A stretch of 64,000 nt of DNA, taken from Candidatus Fervidibacter sinensis (GTDB taxonomy: Bacteria > Armatimonadota > Fervidibacteria > Fervidibacterales > Fervidibacteraceae). Under the pieces are notes generated by a model that saw nothing but the letters and a program-made list of their open reading frames with translations, was not told the DNA's origin and did no database searches. Positions 54,369-63,747 of this stretch are shown in pieces. Numbering within the stretch: position 1 is the first letter of the stretch; each line of letters begins with the position of its first letter. The stretch lies in assembly GCA_032161045.1 (NCBI GenBank), contig JAVHTH010000010.1; one strand, given 5' to 3'. The translations under genes and the position numbers were made by a program.

Positions 54369-55538
54369 GTGTGGTTTATAGCGACACCTGAAGACCTAAA
54401 GTCTGGTCGTCTGACCGATGTCTACTTTGAGCGGACAGTTCAAGTTTTAAAAGCGGCAGGCATAAGCAAGCGCGTGGTTATGGAGGTTAGGGCGACACAT
54501 TTACCCCGCAATTACGAGTGGGGGATTTTCGTCGGCGTTGAAGAAGCACTCCACTTACTTGAGGGTTTGCCCGTTGATGTTGATGGGCTTGAGGAAGGAA
54601 GTGTTTTTAGAGCGGGTGAGCCTGTTCTAAGGGTGAGCGGCGAATATACTCAGTTCGGAATTTACGAAACACCCTTGCTCGGCATTTTGTGTCAAGCATC
54701 GGGAGTGGCAACTAAGGCTGCAAGGTGCAAAAAGGCTGCAGGGCATCGTCTCGTGCTGAGTTTCGGTGCGAGGAGAATGCACCCAGCAATTGCACCGATG
54801 ATTGACCGAGCCGCTTACATCGGTGGCTGCGATGGTGTTGCGGTGACGATGAGCGCTGAACTTTTGGGCATAAAACCTTCGGGCACAATGCCCCATGCCC
54901 TCATCATTCTGGTCGGAGACACCGTTGAGGCGTTGAAGTGGTTTGACAAAGTTATTGACCCATCAGTGCCGAGGGTCGCTTTGATTGACACTTTCAACGA
55001 CGAAAAGTTTGAAGCCATCCGCTGCGCTGAAGCGCTGGGTGAGAAACTCGCCGCAGTCAGGTTTGATACACCCGGCTCGCGGAGAGGCGACATGTTGGAG
55101 TTGCTCCGAGAAGTTCGCTGGGAGTTGGACATTCGGGGTTTCAAACATGTCAAGTTGTTCGTCAGCGGAGGACTTGACGAATATGAGATTTTGCAACTGA
55201 ACGAAGTCGCTGACGCATACGGGGTCGGAACAGCAATCAGCAACGCACCGACGATAAACTTCGCCATGGACATTGTTGAGGTTGAGGGCAAACCGATTGC
55301 CAAACGAGGTAAAATGGCTGGAGCAAAAGACATTTGGCGTTGTGAGAGTTGCTTGCATGGGGTTGTGACTTTGGCTGACCGTGAGCCAGAAGGTCCTTGC
55401 CCCAAATGCGGTGGCAATTTGGTCAAAGCAACGAGACCGCTTATGCGAAACGGGAAAGTCGTCGCACCGTTCCCATCGCCGCAGGAACTCCGCGAACGAG
55501 TCTTAAGCGTGTTACCGAAACTTGAACCAATTCGTTGA
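54369..55538 (+). CDS. Nicotinate phosphoribosyltransferase (short type) with a C-terminal zinc ribbon
   Basis: TDVYFERT N-motif, GTMPHA, DTFNDE. CxxC...CPKC at the C-terminus. GTG at 54369 follows AGGAGCGGAGG. Confidence 0.7.
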   Translation: MWFIATPEDLKSGRLTDVYFERTVQVLKAAGISKRVVMEVRATHLPRNYEWGIFVGVEEALHLLEGLPVDVDGLEEGSVFRAGEPVLRVSGEYTQFGIYETPLLGILCQASGVATKAARCKKAAGHRLVLSFGARRMHPAIAPMIDRAAYIGGCDGVAVTMSAELLGIKPSGTMPHALIILVGDTVEALKWFDKVIDPSVPRVALIDTFNDEKFEAIRCAEALGEKLAAVRFDTPGSRRGDMLELLREVRWELDIRGFKHVKLFVSGGLDEYEILQLNEVADAYGVGTAISNAPTINFAMDIVEVEGKPIAKRGKMAGAKDIWRCESCLHGVVTLADREPEGPCPKCGGNLVKATRPLMRNGKVVAPFPSPQELRERVLSVLPKLEPIR

Positions 55539-55572
55539 CAGGTTGACAATTTTGTCTTCGGCGGTGACCTTC

Positions 55573-55797
55573 ATGAAGAAGGAAGACAAAAGCCCAATGC
55601 GCCGCCTTGATTGGGCTGTTGCTGCCACTTCAGGAACCTTTATGGTCGGTTCGGTTCTCGCTGGTCTCATCATCGGTTGGTGGCTTGACAAAAAGTTTGG
55701 CATTGACCCAATCGGCAAAGCCATCGGTGTGATTTTGGGCGGGACAGCGGGCACAATTGAGTTGGTGCGGATGCTTTTAAAAGTTTCGCGCAGGTGA
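55573..55797 (+). CDS. atpZ: AtpZ/AtpI-family small membrane protein
   Basis: Two hydrophobic helices. First gene of the atp operon. Confidence 0.6.
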   Translation: MKKEDKSPMRRLDWAVAATSGTFMVGSVLAGLIIGWWLDKKFGIDPIGKAIGVILGGTAGTIELVRMLLKVSRR

Positions 55798-55824
55798 CGA
55801 TATTTAAGTTGAGGTGCGGGCTTG

Positions 55825-56265
55825 ATGGCTAAGCACCCGAGCGTTGATTTGGGTTTCTTGCAGCGCACCTACCGAACGACTTTGCTCGTCGGTGGATTGA
55901 TCACTTTGCTTTTGTGCGCGACGGCGAACGCGAAGTGGGTTCTCAACTACGCTTTCGGTGTGCTAACGATGTTGGCTTTTGTGAAAACAACTGAGGTTTT
56001 CGTCACACAAACTTACCGAGCACCGAACGAGCCGAAGCCTAAACGCCGTTGGATTAGTGCCCTGATGCTTGGTAAGTGGGTAATCCTGACAGCCTGTCTT
56101 TACTTTCTGAACAGGCTGCGTTATTTTGATGGCGTGCTTCTGCTGGCAGGTCTCGCAACTATGCACGCTGTCATGGTCTTCAAAATCTTCGGTTTAGCAT
56201 TGCAAAGCATAATCCAAGAACGCTCAGAACGAATTGTGAAATCGCAACACAAGGAAAGCGACTGA
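55825..56265 (+). CDS. atpI: ATP synthase protein I-like membrane protein
   Basis: Four hydrophobic helices, located immediately upstream of atpB. Confidence 0.55.
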   Translation: MAKHPSVDLGFLQRTYRTTLLVGGLITLLLCATANAKWVLNYAFGVLTMLAFVKTTEVFVTQTYRAPNEPKPKRRWISALMLGKWVILTACLYFLNRLRYFDGVLLLAGLATMHAVMVFKIFGLALQSIIQERSERIVKSQHKESD

Positions 56266-56294
56266 GACCGAAAGTTTGAAGGAGGGCTTAACGA

Positions 56295-57158
56295 ATGACG
56301 GGCAGCGAGTTAGCGGCTGCTGTTCACAGCGCCGCTCATACCGCTGGACATGGAGCAGGTGCTCATGTCTCGGCGCCAGAAGAAACATGGCTGCACTTCC
56401 TTTACATTTGGTTTGGCATCCCTGATTGGTTGGCAATTTCGCTGCTTATCGGGTTGCTTTTGGTCATCCTGTTTTGGCGGATGTCAAAGCGGCTCAGTTT
56501 ATACCCGAGAGGTTTTCAAACCCTTTGGGAGATGGCTGTTGAGTTTTTTGAAAGCCTTTGCAAAAGCGCTATCGGTCCCGGCGGCGAAAAGTATGCACCG
56601 CTCATCGGCAGTTTCTTCACCTACATCTTGCTGCTGAACTTAGTGGGGCTCATTCCCGGTTTCATGTCACCAACCGCTCATCCCTACATCACCATCGGCT
56701 TGGCAATTGCGTCCTTGACAATCGTTCACGCAATCGCCATCAAGGAACTTGGGTTGAAAAACTACCTGCTGCACTATGTTGACCGTCCATTCCCGAACCC
56801 GATTGTGAACGCAGCCTTCAACATTGTCACTCTGGCGCCGATCGTTCACTTGGTTGGCGAATTTTCAAAACTCATCTCCCTGTCCATCCGTTTGTTCGGC
56901 AACATTTTTGGCGAGGACACGGTGATTTTTCAGTTCGCTTCGCTCGGCATGATAACACTCCACGCTTTCGGTTTATTGCCAAAGCCCATCACTGTGCCTT
57001 TGCCCTTCCAACTGCCTGTCGTGCTTTTGCATGTTTTGGTGGCTTTCATCCAAGCCTTTGTCTTCAGTTCGCTGACAGCGGTTTACATCGCTTTGTTCGT
57101 GTCAGGTCACGAAGAGGCACATGGAAGAGAACATGCTGCTCATGAGGCAGCGCATTGA
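56295..57158 (+). CDS. atpB: F0 ATP synthase subunit a
   Basis: Conserved LSIRLFGNIFGE arginine motif, multi-TM protein. Confidence 0.9.
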   Translation: MTGSELAAAVHSAAHTAGHGAGAHVSAPEETWLHFLYIWFGIPDWLAISLLIGLLLVILFWRMSKRLSLYPRGFQTLWEMAVEFFESLCKSAIGPGGEKYAPLIGSFFTYILLLNLVGLIPGFMSPTAHPYITIGLAIASLTIVHAIAIKELGLKNYLLHYVDRPFPNPIVNAAFNIVTLAPIVHLVGEFSKLISLSIRLFGNIFGEDTVIFQFASLGMITLHAFGLLPKPITVPLPFQLPVVLLHVLVAFIQAFVFSSLTAVYIALFVSGHEEAHGREHAAHEAAH

Positions 57159-57189
57159 TGCATAAAACTTGCAAGGAGGGATGTCCAAG

Positions 57190-57477
57190 ATGGGTGCCAT
57201 TGGTGCTTACCTTGCAGCGCTGGCGATTGCTGTTGGGTTAGGTTTGCCACTTGCGGTTATGCTTGCATCACAGGCTCAAGCAAGAGCAGCAGCAGCGGCA
57301 GTTGAAAGCATTGCTCGCCAACCTGAGGCTGCCGGTGACATCCGCTTCTCGCTCATTCTTGGTTTGGCGTTGATTGAATCTCTGGTCATTTATGTGCTGG
57401 TTGCTTTCTTTGTCCTTCAGAGCAGACTTCCAGGCGTTGAGCAAGTTCTTGAACTTGCCAAAGCCGCCATCAAATAA
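57190..57477 (+). CDS. atpE: F0 ATP synthase subunit c
   Basis: ARQPE loop and LIESLVIY carboxylate helix. ATG at 57190 is about 10 nt after AGGAGGG. Confidence 0.9.
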   Translation: MGAIGAYLAALAIAVGLGLPLAVMLASQAQARAAAAAVESIARQPEAAGDIRFSLILGLALIESLVIYVLVAFFVLQSRLPGVEQVLELAKAAIK

Positions 57478-57491
57478 GGCGGTGATGAAGA

Positions 57492-58016
57492 ATGATTAGT
57501 CCACTTGAAGTCTTGTCGCAAATGAAGTTTCAATGGCAATGGATACTGTCGCAGACTGTTGCCTTTCTCATCCTTTACTGGCTTTTGCGCAAATTCGCTT
57601 TCGCTCCCATCCAGCAAATTCTAAGGGAGCGGGAGGAACGAGTGCGCAAAGCCATTGAGGATGCAGAACAGCAAAGGGTTGAGATGGAAAAGTTGCGGGC
57701 AGAATACGAGCAGCGACTTGCTCACATTGAAGAAGAAGCCCGTGCCCGCTTGCAAGAAGCGATGCAACAAGCATATCAAGCAAGAGACGCTTTGCTCGCG
57801 GATGCTCGTGAGCAAGCGGAGCGAATTTTACAGCGGGCACAAGAACAAATTGCATTGGAGCGGGAAAAACTCATGGTTGAATTGCGCGATTATGTGGTGG
57901 AGATGGCGGTGCTAATTGCGGAGAAACTGATTGAGCGCAGTCTTGACCGCACCGCTCACCACGAACTCATCAACAGCATTTTGGAGAAAGAACTGAACAA
58001 GCGAACTGCCCACTGA
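57492..58016 (+). CDS. atpF: F0 ATP synthase subunit b
   Basis: Single N-terminal TM helix followed by a long charged helix. Confidence 0.85.
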   Translation: MISPLEVLSQMKFQWQWILSQTVAFLILYWLLRKFAFAPIQQILREREERVRKAIEDAEQQRVEMEKLRAEYEQRLAHIEEEARARLQEAMQQAYQARDALLADAREQAERILQRAQEQIALEREKLMVELRDYVVEMAVLIAEKLIERSLDRTAHHELINSILEKELNKRTAH

Positions 58017-58023
58017 ACAAATA

Positions 58024-58079
58024 GGGAGGGCGAGTCTCCTGACGAACCCAAGAGGGTTTGGCGGGAGCCTCACCCTCCC
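58024..58079 (+). repeat. Inverted doublet of family-C heads between atpF and atpH
   Basis: GGGAGGGCGAGTCTCC (58024-58039) and GGAGCCTCACCCTCCC (58064-58079) pair at 14 of 16 positions. The right arm is the exact reverse complement of the head at 15137. Confidence 0.75.
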
Positions 58080-58101
58080 ACCTTTCAAGGAGGGTGACAA
58101 C

Positions 58102-58731
58102 TTGCCGAAAGCCCTTAGTGGTTGGAAAGCGCGGCGTTACGCTGTAGCCCTTTTAAATGCTGCTGTCAAAGTGAACGAGTTGGAACGGGTTGAAGCAGAA
58201 GTCAGTGCTTTGGCGGAAATGCTTAACCGTTCGCCACAACTGGTCAAGTTTCTCGCGCAACCGTTGGTTCCTTTTAGCGAAAAGGCTCAAAGGTTAAAGC
58301 AGCGTTTGGAAGGGCAACTCTCTCCTGTCACGCTCAACTTTTTGCTCACCGTCGTCAAACACAAACGCATTGAAGCATTTGAACATATAGCCCGAGTTTT
58401 CACTGAGTTGGTGCGAGAGTATCGCGGCGAGGTGGTTGCCGAAGTCGTAAGCGCTGTCCCGCTGACCGATGAGGAGCGGGAAATGACCGTTCAACGCTTG
58501 CAAGAGATAACGGGCAAAAAAGTTTTGCTCAGCGAAAAAGTTGACCCGTCCATCATTGGTGGGATGCGCATCGTTGTCGGCGACAAACTTTTGGATTTGA
58601 GTTTGAAGGGATATTTGGAACGAATTCGCGAGAGGCTGCGACAAGTTTTCATTGCCACTGAAGTTTCCTTACCGGAAAATGATGAAGGAACTGGACAAAC
58701 TCTGGAGGTGACTGAAAGTGATTCGCGCTGA
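58102..58731 (+). CDS. atpH: F1 ATP synthase subunit delta (OSCP)
   Basis: Position and size, [18 protein letters not shown]-terminal motif. TTG start after AGGAGGG. Confidence 0.85.
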   Translation: MPKALSGWKARRYAVALLNAAVKVNELERVEAEVSALAEMLNRSPQLVKFLAQPLVPFSEKAQRLKQRLEGQLSPVTLNFLLTVVKHKRIEAFEHIARVFTELVREYRGEVVAEVVSAVPLTDEEREMTVQRLQEITGKKVLLSEKVDPSIIGGMRIVVGDKLLDLSLKGYLERIRERLRQVFIATEVSLPENDEGTGQTLEVTESDSR

Positions 58732-60310
58732 GGAAATCACCAGCGTGCTGATGCAGGAACTTGAGGGGATTGAAAAAGTCGTTGAGATGACCGACATAGG
58801 CTATGTCATTGAGGTCGGGGACGGCGTAGCGCGCGCTTACGGCTTACAAGGTGCGATGGCGAGCGAATTGCTCTACTTCCCGCAAGCAAGCGAAAGGTTG
58901 GGGCGTGAATTTTACGGCATCGCCTTCAACTTGGAGATGGACAGTGTTGGAATTATTTTGCTCGGTCCAGATCAATTTGTTCGCGAAGGTGATGAAGTCC
59001 GATGCACAGGGCGAGTCGTGGAAGTTCCCGTCGGCAAGGAATTGCTTGGTCGCGTCGTTAACCCTGTTGGTCAACCTTTGGATGGGAAAGGTCCTATCAC
59101 GGCAAAGGAATTTCGCCGCATTGAAGTCAAAGCGCCCGGCGTCGTTAAGAGACGCCCTGTCAACCAGCCCGTCATGACCGGTCTAAAAGCGATTGATTCC
59201 ATGATCCCAATCGGCAGAGGACAGCGCGAGTTAATCTTGGGCGACCGGCAAACGGGCAAAACAGCCATAATCGTTGACACCATCATCAACCAGAAGCGAT
59301 TCCATGAAGCGGGCGACCCAGTTTACTGCATCTATGTAGCCATCGGGCAAAAGCAAAGCACTGTCAAGAGCGTTGTGGAAACTTTAGAGCGCTACGGAGC
59401 AATGGAATACACAATCGTCGTTTCCGCACCAGCAAGCGAACCCGCATCACTGCAATACATTGCCCCTTACGCCGGTTGCGCGATGGGTGAGTGGTTCCGC
59501 GATAACGGGATGCACGCTGTCATCTTCTACGATGACTTGAGCAAGCACGCACAGGCGTATCGTCAAGTTTCGCTCCTTCTGCGCCGACCGCCGGGGCGAG
59601 AGGCGTATCCCGGTGATGTTTTCAACTTGCACTCACGACTTTTAGAGCGTGCTGCAAAGTTGAGTGACGAATTGGGAGGCGGTTCGCTCACAGCAATTCC
59701 CGTCATTGAAACCCAACTTGGCGACTACAGCGCTTATATCCCGACCAATGTCATCAGCATCACCGACGGACAGATTTACCTTGAGCCCGATTTGTTCTAC
59801 GCAGGAATTCGCCCAGCCATCAATGTCGGTATTAGTGTCTCGCGCGTTGGCAGCGCCGCTCAATACCCTGCGATGAAAAAAGTCGCACGAAGGCTCAAGT
59901 TGGATATGGCGCGATACTTTGAGTTAGCGGCGTTCGCACAATTTGCTGCCGAGTTAGATGAAGTGACGAGGCGCGAATTGATCCGAGGCGAACGGCTCGT
60001 TGAAGTGCTCAAGCAGGACCAGTATCAGCCAATGGCACTTTGGGAGCAAGTTCTCATCATCTTCGCGGGCATCAACGGCTACTTGGACGACATGCCTGCT
60101 GAATGGGTGCGACCATTTGAGAAAGAGTTCTTGCCTTGGGTTAAAGAGCGCTACCCAGAAATTGTCCACGAGATTGAAACGACCAAAGACTTCTCCGCCG
60201 AAACTGAGCAAAAGATGCACAAGGCTGTTCAGGAGTTCAAAGAGCGCTTCATCGCCGCCCGCAGGGAAGTAGAAGCACAGCAGCCTGCCGAACTCGCAGT
60301 CGCATCGTAA
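58718..60310 (+). CDS. atpA: F1 ATP synthase subunit alpha
   Basis: GDRQTGKT Walker A, and [11 protein letters not shown] and ITDGQI motifs. Confidence 0.95.
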   Translation: MIRAEEITSVLMQELEGIEKVVEMTDIGYVIEVGDGVARAYGLQGAMASELLYFPQASERLGREFYGIAFNLEMDSVGIILLGPDQFVREGDEVRCTGRVVEVPVGKELLGRVVNPVGQPLDGKGPITAKEFRRIEVKAPGVVKRRPVNQPVMTGLKAIDSMIPIGRGQRELILGDRQTGKTAIIVDTIINQKRFHEAGDPVYCIYVAIGQKQSTVKSVVETLERYGAMEYTIVVSAPASEPASLQYIAPYAGCAMGEWFRDNGMHAVIFYDDLSKHAQAYRQVSLLLRRPPGREAYPGDVFNLHSRLLERAAKLSDELGGGSLTAIPVIETQLGDYSAYIPTNVISITDGQIYLEPDLFYAGIRPAINVGISVSRVGSAAQYPAMKKVARRLKLDMARYFELAAFAQFAAELDEVTRRELIRGERLVEVLKQDQYQPMALWEQVLIIFAGINGYLDDMPAEWVRPFEKEFLPWVKERYPEIVHEIETTKDFSAETEQKMHKAVQEFKERFIAARREVEAQQPAELAVAS

Positions 60311-60349
60311 AGAGTAGAGCGATTGTCAATTTGCTCGGCGGTGAAGCGA

Positions 60350-60733
60350 ATGGATAGTGAAATCCAGCAAGCGTTAGCGAAGTCGGAAAAACTTTTGCGA
60401 GTGGCTGAGTGGGCGGTTGAGCAAGAACTTTACGATGGCGCTGCCTTATGCTGCTATGCAGCGCTCTTTTGGGCAACCATAGCCGCATTGGCACATCAAG
60501 GGTTTAAGCAAGAGGAATGGGCACATGGCGGTTTAAGAAAAGTCTTCAGGGACGAACTTGTCCGTAAGCGAAGACTATATCCGCCAATTTTCGTTGAGTG
60601 GTTGGAAAGAGCATATGCTCTGAGGGACAAGGCTCACTACGAGTTAGAGCCACCGGGCGCAAAAGAAACACGCCGCATAATTTACCATGCCCGTGAGTTC
60701 GTCGCAAAGGTCCAAGAGGTGACAAAGCAATGA
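60350..60733 (+). CDS. HEPN-domain protein
   Basis: Helical protein with YDGAALCCYAALFWA and LRDKAHYE motifs resembling HEPN. Inserted between atpA and atpG. Confidence 0.6.
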   Translation: MDSEIQQALAKSEKLLRVAEWAVEQELYDGAALCCYAALFWATIAALAHQGFKQEEWAHGGLRKVFRDELVRKRRLYPPIFVEWLERAYALRDKAHYELEPPGAKETRRIIYHAREFVAKVQEVTKQ

Positions 60734-61029
60734 GGAAACCTATGTCGCCTGCTAAGCGCTACTCAAAACGGCGTTTGGAACGGTTCGTGTGGGAACTGGC
60801 ATCGTTAGCAAAAGACCTTTGCCCCGAGGCAGAGATAAAGGTCAGAATTCCCGGCTACGAGGAATTAGACGCTTGGATTGAAGTCATTGTCCCTGACGAA
60901 ATGGTTGAAGAGGTCAGTGACCGCTTGTATGCGCGGGCATCGCAAATTTTTGACGAGGAAAACTACTGGATTGGCATCCATGTCGTTGAACGCTCTTTGA
61001 GGCAGAAGGAGAAGCAGCAAGCGGAGTGA
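60730..61029 (+). CDS. Small protein translationally coupled to the HEPN gene (possible cognate partner)
   Basis: ATGA overlap with the HEPN gene. No canonical GSx10DxD NTase motif seen. Confidence 0.45.
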   Translation: MRKPMSPAKRYSKRRLERFVWELASLAKDLCPEAEIKVRIPGYEELDAWIEVIVPDEMVEEVSDRLYARASQIFDEENYWIGIHVVERSLRQKEKQQAE

Positions 61030-61035
61030 TTGAAG

Positions 61036-61926
61036 ATGGCGGTACAAAGTTTGAGGGCAATTAGGCGCAAAATTCGGGCTGTGCGAAACTTGCAAAAAAT
61101 CATGACGGCGATGAAGATGGTGGCGGCGGCAAGATTGCGCCGCGTTCAAGACAGAGTGGTCGCCGGCAAACCTTATACCGAAAAGATGCGCTGGCTCGTT
61201 GAAACCCTTGCACCACATTTGCCCGCTATTGAACACCCGCTTTTGCAAGTTCGTCCCGTCCAAAAGCGAGGTTTGGTCGTAATCACAGGGGACAAAGGTT
61301 TGTGTGGGGCTTACAACAACAACATCATTCGCGCCGCTCAAAATTTCATGAGCCAAGATAGTGCGGCACCGTTTTTGCTTTACTGCATTGGACGAAAAGG
61401 TTACGACTTCTTCTCCCGTCGCGGCTATCAAGTCGCTCGCCATCGCCCTCAATTACCGGTCACCGCTTCCTTTGCACAGTTTAAAGCCGTCGCTGAAGAT
61501 ATTGTTCAATGGTTCACGAGCGGCGAGGTTGACGAAATTTTTGTCGCTTACGGAGAATTTGTGAACGCTTTAGTGCAGCGTCCCAAGATTATCCCGCTTC
61601 TGCCAATCAAAACGGACGGGACAGGGCATGAAGGACGGGGGACGAGAGAGACAGAGAGGGAATACATCTTTGAGCCGAAAGCGCCTGAACTGTTGGCGTT
61701 GTTGCTGCCGCGATATGTTGAGCATCTGGTTTACCACATTTTGCTTGAAAGCCTTGCCAGTGAGAACGCCGCCCGGATGAACGCGATGAGTCAAGCAGCC
61801 GATAACGCCGAGGAACTAATCAAGCAACTAACTTTGCAAGCCAACAAAATCCGTCAGTGGAACATCACGAAAGAGTTGCTTGAAATCACGACGGCTGTGG
61901 AAGCGATGAGACGGGCAAGAGATTGA
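61036..61926 (+). CDS. atpG: F1 ATP synthase subunit gamma
   Basis: MAVQSLRAIRRKIRAVRNLQKIMTAMKMVAAA N-terminus and NITKELLEI C-terminus. Confidence 0.95.
   Translation: MAVQSLRAIRRKIRAVRNLQKIMTAMKMVAAARLRRVQDRVVAGKPYTEKMRWLVETLAPHLPAIEHPLLQVRPVQKRGLVVITGDKGLCGAYNNNIIRAAQNFMSQDSAAPFLLYCIGRKGYDFFSRRGYQVARHRPQLPVTASFAQFKAVAEDIVQWFTSGEVDEIFVAYGEFVNALVQRPKIIPLLPIKTDGTGHEGRGTRETEREYIFEPKAPELLALLLPRYVEHLVYHILLESLASENAARMNAMSQAADNAEELIKQLTLQANKIRQWNITKELLEITTAVEAMRRARD
61618..61646 (+). repeat. Partly decayed GGGACGN-heptad module in frame in atpG
   Basis: GGGACAG GGCATGA AGGACGG GGGACGA. Translated GTGHEGRGTR, in the loop between LLPI and YIFEP. Confidence 0.65.
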
Positions 61927-62005
61927 GGTCTTCTCCCTTGACAAAATGTAGCGTTGACTAAAAGCCGGACCTAAAGGATTTGTCTTCGTGGCGAGGTGGT
62001 TTGGG

Positions 62006-63448
62006 ATGAAGCGAAGGGAATTCGTGCAGCAGGTTGTTGTGGGAGGCGTTTGCGTAGTCGGCTTGGCAAGCGGAAACTCGGATGCATCACAAAGGAGGTT
62101 GAGGAGGGTGGGCAGCAAACTACCTCGCTTGAAAGTTTTTGACGACCCTAAACATCCAAACAACCGCCGCTTCCTCGTCACAGAAGAAGGTCAACCCTTC
62201 TTCTACCTCGGCGACACCGCTTGGGAACTATTTCACAGGCTAACTCGCGAAGAAGCGGAAACTTACCTTCGCGACCGCGCTCAAAAAGGCTTCACTGTCA
62301 TTCAAGCAGTAGTTCTTGCTGAGTTTGACGGTCTTAACACCCCGAACGCCTATGGTCACAGACCTTTGCACAACAACGACCCAACTCAGCCAAACGAGGC
62401 TTATTTTGAGTTTGTTGACTGGGTGGTAGAGAAAGCGAACGAGATGGGGCTTTATGTTGGGATGCTTCCGACATGGGGTGACAAAGTGAACAAGAAGTGG
62501 GGGGTAGGACCTGAGGTTTTCACGCCTGAAAACGCGAAAGTTTACGGTGAGTTTTTGGGGCGAAGGTATCGTGGAAGGGGCATCATTTGGATTTTGGGAG
62601 GGGACAGACCGATTGAGAGTGAAGTTCACCTAAAGATTTGGCGTGCTATGGCGGAGGGTTTGAGGAGGGAGGATGAGGGAGAGCATCTAATCACCTACCA
62701 TCCGATGGGAGGTCAATCGTCATCGCAGTGGCTTCACAATGAGCCTTGGTTGGACTTCAACATGTTGCAGTCGGGACATCATGCAAGGCACATCGCAAAC
62801 TATGCGATGATTGAGCGAGACTACAACCTAAAGCCTGTCAAACCATGCATGGACGGGGAGGCACGCTATGAGGACCATCCGATCAATTGGGATCCGAGGA
62901 ACGGATGGTTTAACGATTACGATGTTCGTCAAGCGGCGTATTGGGCGTTACTTGCGGGTGCTCACGGACACACTTACGGTTGCCACGACATATGGCAGTT
63001 TTACGACCCAGAGAAGCGACAACCGATTTCTCATGCGAGGACTCCTTGGCAAAAGGCGTTGCATTTGCCCGGTGCATCTCAGGTCAGGCACGCAAAGGCT
63101 TTGATGCTTTCACGACCGATGTTGCTTCGGATTCCAGACCAAACTTTGCTTGCATCAGATCCCGGAACAGGTGCAGAACATGTTCGCGCAGCAAGGGCAA
63201 TTGACGGAAGTTACGCCTTCGTTTACATCCCGGTCCCAAAGCCGGTTAAAGTTCGGCTTGACAAGTTGTCAGGGAGGGAGGTTCGTGCATGGTGGTATGA
63301 CCCGAGGTTGGGAGGGGCTAAGTTGATTGGGGAGTTTAGGCGAGAGGGGGAGCGAGAGTTTAAGCCTGAAGGTTCTGGGGAAGTTGACTGGGTTTTGGTC
63401 CTTGACGATGCAAGCAAGGATTTTCCGCCGCCGGGAAAAGTCAGTTAG
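62006..63448 (+). CDS. GH140/DUF4038-like glycoside hydrolase
   Basis: [16 protein letters not shown] and GFTVIQ motifs. KRREFV twin-arginine-like N-terminus if ATG at 62006 is used. Confidence 0.7.
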   Translation: MKRREFVQQVVVGGVCVVGLASGNSDASQRRLRRVGSKLPRLKVFDDPKHPNNRRFLVTEEGQPFFYLGDTAWELFHRLTREEAETYLRDRAQKGFTVIQAVVLAEFDGLNTPNAYGHRPLHNNDPTQPNEAYFEFVDWVVEKANEMGLYVGMLPTWGDKVNKKWGVGPEVFTPENAKVYGEFLGRRYRGRGIIWILGGDRPIESEVHLKIWRAMAEGLRREDEGEHLITYHPMGGQSSSQWLHNEPWLDFNMLQSGHHARHIANYAMIERDYNLKPVKPCMDGEARYEDHPINWDPRNGWFNDYDVRQAAYWALLAGAHGHTYGCHDIWQFYDPEKRQPISHARTPWQKALHLPGASQVRHAKALMLSRPMLLRIPDQTLLASDPGTGAEHVRAARAIDGSYAFVYIPVPKPVKVRLDKLSGREVRAWWYDPRLGGAKLIGEFRREGEREFKPEGSGEVDWVLVLDDASKDFPPPGKVS

Positions 63449-63451
63449 ATA

Positions 63452-63720
63452 GTTCGTAGTGAGGCACGGAACGAAGTGGAGTGCCGTTATACAGTTTAGA
63501 AGTTACGCAGTTGGATGTAGGGGCGGCTGCTAAGCCGCCCGTAGGGACGGTTTTAAAACCTTACAAAGGATGTTTTCGGGCAGACTATCGTCTGCCCCTA
63601 CAAAAATGACACCAACTGCGTAAGTCCTAACAGTTGATACGCCACTTCGCTAACGCTTCGTGGCTTACTACGAACAAAAGGAAGTTTGTAGTAAGGCACG
63701 AAACGAAGTGAAGTGCCGTT
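63452..63720 (+). repeat. Composite nested REP structure
   Basis: Outer imperfect inverted repeat 63452-63675 (GTTCGTAGT...ACTACGAAC, TTACGCAGTTGG/CCAACTGCGTAA). It encloses a family-A REPIN (63517-63601) that itself contains GTAGGGACGGTTTTAAAACCTTAC. The 33-nt GTAG-headed left arm (63456-63488) is repeated directly at 63688-63720 with 3 transitions. Confidence 0.75.
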
Positions 63721-63747
63721 GTCACTCTTTCGCAGGGAGTGGTTGCG

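Noticed and set aside
54815-55549. 244-aa minus-strand ORF
   Set aside because: It is entirely antisense to the nicotinate phosphoribosyltransferase gene. Its Ser/Pro-rich low-complexity composition is typical of antisense frames.
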